Shown here: one piece after another, positions 58,103 to 64,000 of the stretch
Layout: each line of letters opens with the position of its first letter
How positions within the stretch are numbered: the first letter of the stretch is position 1
Source: Candidatus Omnitrophota bacterium
GTDB taxonomy: Bacteria > Omnitrophota > Gorgyraeia > Gorgyraeales > Gorgyraeaceae
NCBI GenBank assembly: GCA_003485765.1
Contig: DNHS01000035.1
Location: 127,745 to 191,744 of the forward strand
Length of the DNA stretch: 64,000 nucleotides
Direction of reading: 5' to 3'
Made by a program: the position numbers and the translations under genes
Notes under the pieces: generated by a model
Database searches by the model: none
The model's input: only the letters and a program-made list of their open reading frames with translations
Told to the model about the DNA's origin: nothing

Positions 58103-58810
58103 GTGCTTAAAAAAGAAATTTCAAAGGATTACGACAGGATTTTTTCAACGCATGGGCTGAGAACAGAAACATCGTATTACAGGTGGATTATTTCCATACT
58201 GGGAGATATGAATAGCAAAGCGCTTCTGGACATTAGCTGTGGAGAAGGGATTTTGCTGGCTGAGGCGGCAAAACAAGGCGCAAGGACATTCGGAGTAGAC
58301 ATATCCCAGGAGGCGCTTAAAAGGACGAGAGCGAGCAGCCCTGATTCATGCCTCGCGTTGAGTGACGGCGAAAAAGTCTGTCTCGGGCCTCGCGCTAAAT
58401 TTGATTATATAACTTGCCTTGGGAGCCTGGAACATTATAATTATCCTGAGGAAGGGTGCAGGGAGATCGTCAGGCTTTTAAAGCCTGACGGCAAGGCAGT
58501 CGTTGTCCTTCCGAATGAATTCTCAATGCATGTTCTTTTGGATGTTTTATTCAAAGGCAGGTCAGGGGATGACGGTTTTCAGATAATCGAGAAACTGGCG
58601 AGTTTTGGCCAGTGGAAGAAATTCCTGGAGGCAAATGGCCTGAAGATGTTAAAGGCATACAAGGTTAATGAAAGGCCTGTTTTTTGGAGAGATAGGAAAA
58701 TCCGATCCTTCAGCAAATTTTTAAGAAATCTATGGTTTTATTATTTAACCCCGTTTTATTTCGCAAGGACATTTGCATTTTTATGCGAAAAGAAGGATAA
58801 ATATGTTTAA
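58103..58810 (+). CDS. Class I SAM-dependent methyltransferase
   Basis: LDISCGEG, CLGSLEH, LPN. Confidence 0.85.
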   Translation: MLKKEISKDYDRIFSTHGLRTETSYYRWIISILGDMNSKALLDISCGEGILLAEAAKQGARTFGVDISQEALKRTRASSPDSCLALSDGEKVCLGPRAKFDYITCLGSLEHYNYPEEGCREIVRLLKPDGKAVVVLPNEFSMHVLLDVLFKGRSGDDGFQIIEKLASFGQWKKFLEANGLKMLKAYKVNERPVFWRDRKIRSFSKFLRNLWFYYLTPFYFARTFAFLCEKKDKYV

Positions 58811-59582
58811 AAAGATTTCAGTGGTTACAATCGCAAAAAACGAAGAAGCTAATATTGCCGCGTGTATCAATAGCGCGAAAGGCTGGGCAGATGAGCATAT
58901 AGTAGTGGATGATTTTAGCTCCGATAAGACTGTGGAGATTGCTAAGGCTAATGGCGCTATAGTTTTTCAGAGAAAGATGGACATAGAAGGCGTTCATAGG
59001 AACTGGGCGTATTCCAGGGCGAATAATGAATGGGTATTGAGCCTGGATGCGGATGAAGAAGTGACGCCTGAATTAAAAGAAGAGATAATGAGGGCGATTC
59101 AGTCAGATGATTATGTGGTTTATAATGTTCCTCTTAGGACTTACATAGGGGATTACTGGGTTAAATATGGCGGATGGTATCCTGGCCGCAAGGATAGATT
59201 ATTTAAAAAATCAGAATTTAAATATGAAGAAACTGGCGTGCATCCAAGAGTTTTTTATAAAGGCAAATGCGGCAGGTTAAATAGCGATATTATTCATAAA
59301 GGTTATGAGGATTTTGCAGAGCTTTTTAGAGGGCTTAATGGCCAGACTACTTTAGAGGCCCAGAAGTGGTTTAATGATGGCCGTAAAGTAGGCGTAGGTC
59401 TGATACTCTGGAAAGCAACTGACAGATTTTTTAGGACTTATATTGGGAAAAAAGGCCATAGAGACGGCTTAGTAGGTTTTGTAGTAGCTATGAACAGCGC
59501 GCTTTATCAAATCTTCAGCTATGTAAAATACCGGGAACTCAAGCAAAATCTGCCCTTCGGGCAGATTTTGCGCAGACCCTGA
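58803..59582 (+). CDS. GT2 glycosyltransferase (WaaE/KdtX-like LPS core glucosyltransferase family)
   Basis: AKNEE, DDFSSD, LDADE, GGWYP, VH, DG..GF. Confidence 0.85.
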   Translation: MFKKISVVTIAKNEEANIAACINSAKGWADEHIVVDDFSSDKTVEIAKANGAIVFQRKMDIEGVHRNWAYSRANNEWVLSLDADEEVTPELKEEIMRAIQSDDYVVYNVPLRTYIGDYWVKYGGWYPGRKDRLFKKSEFKYEETGVHPRVFYKGKCGRLNSDIIHKGYEDFAELFRGLNGQTTLEAQKWFNDGRKVGVGLILWKATDRFFRTYIGKKGHRDGLVGFVVAMNSALYQIFSYVKYRELKQNLPFGQILRRP

Positions 59583-59625
59583 GCAAGGCCGAAGGCCGCG
59601 TCGAAGGGTCAAGTCGAAGGGTCAA
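59543..59625. repeat. Composite hairpin element supplying the C-terminus and stop of a GT2 gene
   Basis: 13-bp stem gcaaaatctgccc-TTC-gggcagattttgc; gaccct..ggcc-GAA-ggcc..agggtc; duplicated gtcgaagggtcaa. Confidence 0.8.
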
Positions 59626-59693
59626 ATTGAGCGCAAAAAGGTTGATATAATTTCCTATACTATTAAGAACAGTTTACTGCGAGGCGGAGACAA

Positions 59694-60293
59694 ATGGAAA
59701 TAACGAGATTTAAACGCAGGATTAAGGAGCTGTTTTTTCAACGCAGGAAGATGAAAGGAATAGATAAAATAGACGGGCATTTTGGATTAAATGAAGGCTA
59801 TCTTGTTTTTAATATAGCCAAATCCCTTAAAGATAATTCAGTTATACTTGAAATAGGCGCTTTTAAGGGGAAATCAACCTGTTTTATAGCTGAAGGGATC
59901 CGCGCTAAGAATTGCAGTTTTTATACCATAGACCCATGGTCTAATGATGGAATGGCGGGCGGTAGCCATGATATTTTTAATGATTTTTTAAAAAATACAG
60001 AATTTTATAAGGATAAAATAACGCCTTTGAGGGGTTATTCTTATGATATACGGAAAGATTGGCCGGAACATAGAAAAATAGATTTCTTATGGACTGACGG
60101 GGATCATTCTTACAAAGGCGTAACCCGGGATATCCATGACTGGATGCCTCTCGTAAAAAAGAATGGCTTTGTGTGTTTTCATGATTATAGGGATGAACCT
60201 GATGTGAAAAAGGCAGTAGATGAAATAACAAAGAATAGAACAATACGATTCGTAAAAACAGAAGGCTGTATTTACATGGCCAGGCGCAATTAG
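59694..60293 (+). CDS. Methyltransf_24-like SAM methyltransferase
   Basis: LEIGAFKGKST, IDPW, DGDHSY, FHDY. Confidence 0.85.
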   Translation: MEITRFKRRIKELFFQRRKMKGIDKIDGHFGLNEGYLVFNIAKSLKDNSVILEIGAFKGKSTCFIAEGIRAKNCSFYTIDPWSNDGMAGGSHDIFNDFLKNTEFYKDKITPLRGYSYDIRKDWPEHRKIDFLWTDGDHSYKGVTRDIHDWMPLVKKNGFVCFHDYRDEPDVKKAVDEITKNRTIRFVKTEGCIYMARRN

Positions 60294-60309
60294 ATCTTAA
60301 AGAGGGAAA

Positions 60310-61350
60310 ATGAAAATCTTAGTAACCGGAGGCGCAGGTTTAGTAGGTTCGCATACAGCAGAGTACTACGCTAAAAAAGGCGATGAGGTTATTGCACTGG
60401 ATAACCTTATGCGTTCAAGCCTATTCGGATACAATAAAGATAGCGTGGAATTTAACTGGAATTATCTGGCGCAGTTTGACAATATAAAACGTATAAAAGG
60501 AGATGTTAGAGAAGAGCAGGATATGATGAAGGCTTTAGGAAACGGAGTGGATGCTGTCATACATACCGCGGGCCAGCCCGGAGTGCCCCTTTCCATGAAA
60601 ATCCCGAAAGAAGATTTTAGCATAAATGCGTACGGTACGTTAAATGTACTGGAGTGCGTGAGAAAGATTTGCCCTAAAGCGGCGTTTATATATTGTTCTA
60701 CCAATAAAATTTACGGAGAGAATGTAGATAAGATTTCATTGGAGGAAGAAGAGACAAGGTATGTGTATAAGAGCAAAAAAGGAATTTCTGAAGACATGTC
60801 TGTGGATTTAACATGCCATACGCCTTATGGCGCCTCAAAATATACAGGAGATATTTATACCCAGGAATACGGGCATATGTATGGCATGAAAACAGCTGTA
60901 TTCCGCATGTCGTGTATTTACGGCACAAGGCAGTTTGGCTTTGAAGACCAGGGCTGGGTGGCGTGGTTTGTTATAGCAAATCTCACAGGGCAGGATATTG
61001 TTATTTATGGAGACGGAAAACAGGTAAGGGATTTATTATATGCGGATGATTTGGTGGAGGCATATGATAAATTTATAAATAGCGATATAAAACATGACGT
61101 GTTTAATATCGGCGGAGGCCCCAGGAACACCACATCGCTTCTGGAGTTTATTAATTTAGTGGAACAGAAAACCGGCATTAAATTCAGAAAAATAGAATAT
61201 AAATCATGGAGGCCGAGCGATCAGAAAGTGTATATTTCAGATATTTCCAAGGTCTCAAAGGTTTTGAGTTGGAAACCGGGCGTTACCGTAGAAAAGGGAC
61301 TTGAAAAGTTAATAGAGTGGGTCGGGGCTAACAATAAATTTTTTATATGA
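60310..61350 (+). CDS. CDP-paratose/tyvelose 2-epimerase-like extended SDR
   Basis: TGGAGLVG, STNKIYG, PYGASK, RMSCIYG, EDQGWVAWF, GKQVRD, RPSDQ. Confidence 0.85.
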   Translation: MKILVTGGAGLVGSHTAEYYAKKGDEVIALDNLMRSSLFGYNKDSVEFNWNYLAQFDNIKRIKGDVREEQDMMKALGNGVDAVIHTAGQPGVPLSMKIPKEDFSINAYGTLNVLECVRKICPKAAFIYCSTNKIYGENVDKISLEEEETRYVYKSKKGISEDMSVDLTCHTPYGASKYTGDIYTQEYGHMYGMKTAVFRMSCIYGTRQFGFEDQGWVAWFVIANLTGQDIVIYGDGKQVRDLLYADDLVEAYDKFINSDIKHDVFNIGGGPRNTTSLLEFINLVEQKTGIKFRKIEYKSWRPSDQKVYISDISKVSKVLSWKPGVTVEKGLEKLIEWVGANNKFFI

Positions 61351-61901
61351 AAGCTATATTCTTAGATAGAGACGGCGTGATAAATAGGGATCCGGGGTTC
61401 GGGGATTATATAAAGAGTTGGAAAGAGTTTGAGTTTATGCTAGGAGCGATTGATGCCATAAAGCTCCTCAATGAGCATGGCTATGAAATATTCGTGATCT
61501 CAAACCAGGCAGGCGTGGCTAAAGGGCTTTTTTCGCTAGAGGCACTGGATGATATTACAAAAAATATGCTGAAAGAGATTGAGGCAAAAGGTGGGAAGAT
61601 CAGGCAGGTTTCTTATTGCACTCACGCAACAGACGCCGGATGCGACTGCAGGAAGCCTAATACAGGACTGATAAAGAATGCCACAAAGGGCCTGGATATA
61701 GATTTTAAAAAAACATATTTTATAGGAGACTCAAGGCTTGATGTGGGAGCCGGAAAGAATATGAGCTGTAAGACGATTTTACTTCTAACAGGCAAAGAAA
61801 ATTCTGAGGATCGAAAGGCATGGGAACATAAACCTGATTTTATAATGAATAACCTCATGGAGGCTGTAAAATGGGTGTTAAAGGAAGAGCAAAAATCTTA
61901 G
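61347..61901 (+). CDS. gmhB: D,D-heptose 1,7-bisphosphate phosphatase (HAD)
   Basis: FLDRDGVIN, SNQAG, CTH..CDCRKP, IGD..D. Confidence 0.85.
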   Translation: MKAIFLDRDGVINRDPGFGDYIKSWKEFEFMLGAIDAIKLLNEHGYEIFVISNQAGVAKGLFSLEALDDITKNMLKEIEAKGGKIRQVSYCTHATDAGCDCRKPNTGLIKNATKGLDIDFKKTYFIGDSRLDVGAGKNMSCKTILLLTGKENSEDRKAWEHKPDFIMNNLMEAVKWVLKEEQKS

Positions 61902-62038
61902 GAGAGCTTTTTAGGTTTCTTTGGCAGAGGAAACTCTGGTGGATGATACCGATAGTAGCAGTGCTTTTATTATTAGGCCTATTAATATTCTTTACTCAGT
62001 CATCAGCAGTCGCGCCGTTTATATATACTTTATTTTAA
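61871..62038 (+). CDS. DUF5989-family small membrane protein (55 aa, not in the ORF track)
   Basis: MGVKGRAKILGELFRFLWQRKLWWMIPIVAVLLLLGLLIFFTQSSAVAPFIYTLF*; RKxWW..APFIYTLF signature. Confidence 0.85.
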   Translation: MGVKGRAKILGELFRFLWQRKLWWMIPIVAVLLLLGLLIFFTQSSAVAPFIYTLF

Positions 62039-62060
62039 CTGTGTCCGAGGTTAATTAGAG

Positions 62061-63191
62061 ATGAAGATATTAATTACATACGCTTATGCTGGAGTGGGGC
62101 ATAAAAAAGCAGCCCTGGCAATAGAAAAGGCCTTGGCCGGCCATAGCGGAGTTGAAGTTAAAAATATAGATGTCCTGGATTATACTAATGACTTTTTTAA
62201 GGCCTCTTATCCTGGTGTCTATTTATTTCTTATAAATAAAACGCCTACTTTGTGGGGGCTGTTTTATTATTTATTGGACTCTAGGGCAGTGGATTTTTTC
62301 ATGGCGCCATTGAGGAAGTTTATACATAGGCTGAATTGCAAAAAATTTATAGAGTTTGTAAAGGCTGAAAACCCTGACGTAGTGGTTTCAACGCATTTCA
62401 TGCCGAGTGAGATTATTTCCGGACTTAAAGAAAGCGGCGAGTTCAGAGGAAAGCTGGTAAATGTGGTGACTGATTTTATAGCGCATTCTTTCTGGATGGC
62501 CAGGTCCAGCGATTATTTCATAGGGGCTATTCAGAGGACTAAGAATGATCTTTTAAGGCGCGGTGTGCCTGAAGAAAAGATCAGGATCATGGGCATTCCG
62601 TGCGACCCTGTGTTCAGCATTTCAAAGGGCAGGGAAAATTTAATCAAGCAATTAGGCATAGAGTCTGGATTTTTCAATGTGCTTATAATGAGCGGAGGAT
62701 TTGGCACAGGGCCTATGAAAGAAATTGTCGCTGAAATTAATAACCTGGATCCTGATACTAGGGATAAGATGCAATTAATTACAATCTGCGGCAAAAACGA
62801 ACTTTTATTTCATGAGTTAAGAAAAATGGTTCAGGGCCTCAAGGTAAGGTTAAATGCCTTTGGTTATATGAATAATGTGGATGAATTTATGGAAGTAAGC
62901 GATATAATAGTTACTAAGCCGGGCGGCCTGACTATCTCAGAGGCGCTTTCAAAGACTTTGCCAATGATTATAGTCCAGCCGATACTGGGCCAGGAGACAA
63001 GAAATTGCAAAATTTTAACAGGATATGGGACTGCTGTAAAGGCAAAAAATACCAGAGAGGTTTGCGAGTTAATAGAAGAATTTGCTACTTCTCCTGAAAA
63101 AATGATTGGCACCAGGACCAGGATAAAGCTTCTTCGGTACCCGGACGCCGCTAAAAATATCGCAGAACTTATAATGGCACAAACAACTTGA
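62061..63191 (+). CDS. MGDG synthase/UgtP-like GT28 glycolipid synthase
   Basis: GVGHKKAA, STHF, VVTDF..H..W, GGGFG, CGKN, TKPGGLTISEA, GQE. Confidence 0.9.
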   Translation: MKILITYAYAGVGHKKAALAIEKALAGHSGVEVKNIDVLDYTNDFFKASYPGVYLFLINKTPTLWGLFYYLLDSRAVDFFMAPLRKFIHRLNCKKFIEFVKAENPDVVVSTHFMPSEIISGLKESGEFRGKLVNVVTDFIAHSFWMARSSDYFIGAIQRTKNDLLRRGVPEEKIRIMGIPCDPVFSISKGRENLIKQLGIESGFFNVLIMSGGFGTGPMKEIVAEINNLDPDTRDKMQLITICGKNELLFHELRKMVQGLKVRLNAFGYMNNVDEFMEVSDIIVTKPGGLTISEALSKTLPMIIVQPILGQETRNCKILTGYGTAVKAKNTREVCELIEEFATSPEKMIGTRTRIKLLRYPDAAKNIAELIMAQTT

Positions 63192-63223
63192 CACTTTAAC
63201 ATTGTTAAAATGTCAAGTTGTTT
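63181..63223. repeat. 43-bp palindrome family, copy 2
   Basis: aaacaacttgacactttaacattgttaaaatgtcaagttgttt; contains the GT28 stop codon. Confidence 0.85.
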
Positions 63224-63238
63224 GGAGAGATAGGGATT

Positions 63239-63904
63239 ATGAATATTATAGAAATTGTTGGAACAATTGCGGATGAATTAAAAATAAAGGCGTATATTGT
63301 AGGCGGGTCTGTGAGGGATAAGCTGTTAGGTATGTCTAATTATGACCTGGATTTTGTGGTAGAAGGGGATGGGATTAAGTTTGCAGAAGTTTTGAATAAA
63401 AAATTAAAGGGCAGATTAATAACATACAAGGCATTTGGCACAGCTACTATTGAGCTTAAAGGAAAAAGGATAGATGTTGTCACTGCCAGAAAAGAGTCTT
63501 ACAAATATCCTGCAGCTTACCCTATTGTAAAACCAGGCGCGATAAAGGACGATCTATTCAGAAGGGATTTTACAATAAACGCAATGGCTCTGGCCATAGA
63601 TAAAAAAGGCTTAGGCAAATTAGTGGATTTCTACGGCGGCCAAAAAGATTTAACAAAAGGCGTGATAAGAGTATTGCATGATAAAAGTTTTATGGATGAC
63701 CCAACCAGGATTTTCAGGGCTGTGAGATTTTCAGTGAGATTTGGTTTTAAAATAGAACCGCATACGAAAAAGCTTATGAAGGAGGCGGTGCTGGACGGAT
63801 TCTTGGGCGAGGTGAATGCAGGCAGGATCAGGAAAGAGATTGAGCTATTCTTAAAAGAAAAGAATCCGAAGAAATGCTTGGATGTATTCAGTAAATTAAT
63901 GTAA
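63239..63904 (+). CDS. Short tRNA nucleotidyltransferase/poly(A) polymerase-family protein (head + neck only)
   Basis: VGGSVRD..DLDF, TARKE, DLFRRDFTINAMA, DDPTRIFRAVRF; 221 aa. Confidence 0.85.
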   Translation: MNIIEIVGTIADELKIKAYIVGGSVRDKLLGMSNYDLDFVVEGDGIKFAEVLNKKLKGRLITYKAFGTATIELKGKRIDVVTARKESYKYPAAYPIVKPGAIKDDLFRRDFTINAMALAIDKKGLGKLVDFYGGQKDLTKGVIRVLHDKSFMDDPTRIFRAVRFSVRFGFKIEPHTKKLMKEAVLDGFLGEVNAGRIRKEIELFLKEKNPKKCLDVFSKLM

Positions 63905-63914
63905 AGGAGCGGAA

Positions 63915-64000
63915 ATGGGAATACGGTCAGAGAGAGTCGAAGGCCAGTTAAAAAAAGAAATCTCAAAAATATTACAGGAAGACCTGAAGGATCCGCGCAT
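63915..64000 (+). CDS. rbfA: Ribosome-binding factor A, 5' part (runs off the window)
   Basis: RBS aaggag; MGIRSERVEGQLKKEISKILQEDLKDPR. Confidence 0.85.
   Translation, partial: MGIRSERVEGQLKKEISKILQEDLKDPR

Noticed and set aside
2654-63966. Numerous short minus-strand and nested ORFs in the track
   Set aside because: Shadows of well-supported + strand genes with no motifs; only 48046-48624 is retained
1-64000. tRNA, rRNA, riboswitch or reverse-transcriptase/DGR elements
   Set aside because: None recognised by eye; a covariance-model scan could not be run

Overview
AT-rich bacterial window. Gene style suggests an uncultured lineage such as Ca. Omnitrophota, but this is inference. Almost all genes are on the + strand and form a ~63 kb surface-glycan/LPS biosynthesis and modification supercluster: many GT2/GT4/GT9/GT-C transferases, a Wzx flippase, an MBOAT plus AlgJ-like O-acetylation pair, ten SAM methyltransferases, three radical SAM enzymes, an AsnB-like amidotransferase, NDP-sugar epimerases/reductases, a domain-swapped HldE, GmhA, GmhB and a split, shortened transketolase. 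It ends in MGDG-synthase-like, tRNA-nucleotidyltransferase-like and rbfA genes. Two layers are not explained by the gene list. (1) A 25-35.6 kb hot spot packs five toxin-antitoxin-type modules, gene remnants, a signal-peptide PLD nuclease and a papain-like protease between four families of nested direct repeats. It starts at a decayed duplicate of the asnB 5' end and has no integrase in view. (2) Several unrelated families of small GC-rich palindromic elements, many with GAA/TTC triloops, sit in frame inside glycan genes or supply their C-termini. A 43-bp palindrome family with compensatory changes also occurs twice. No rRNA, tRNA or CRISPR array was seen.
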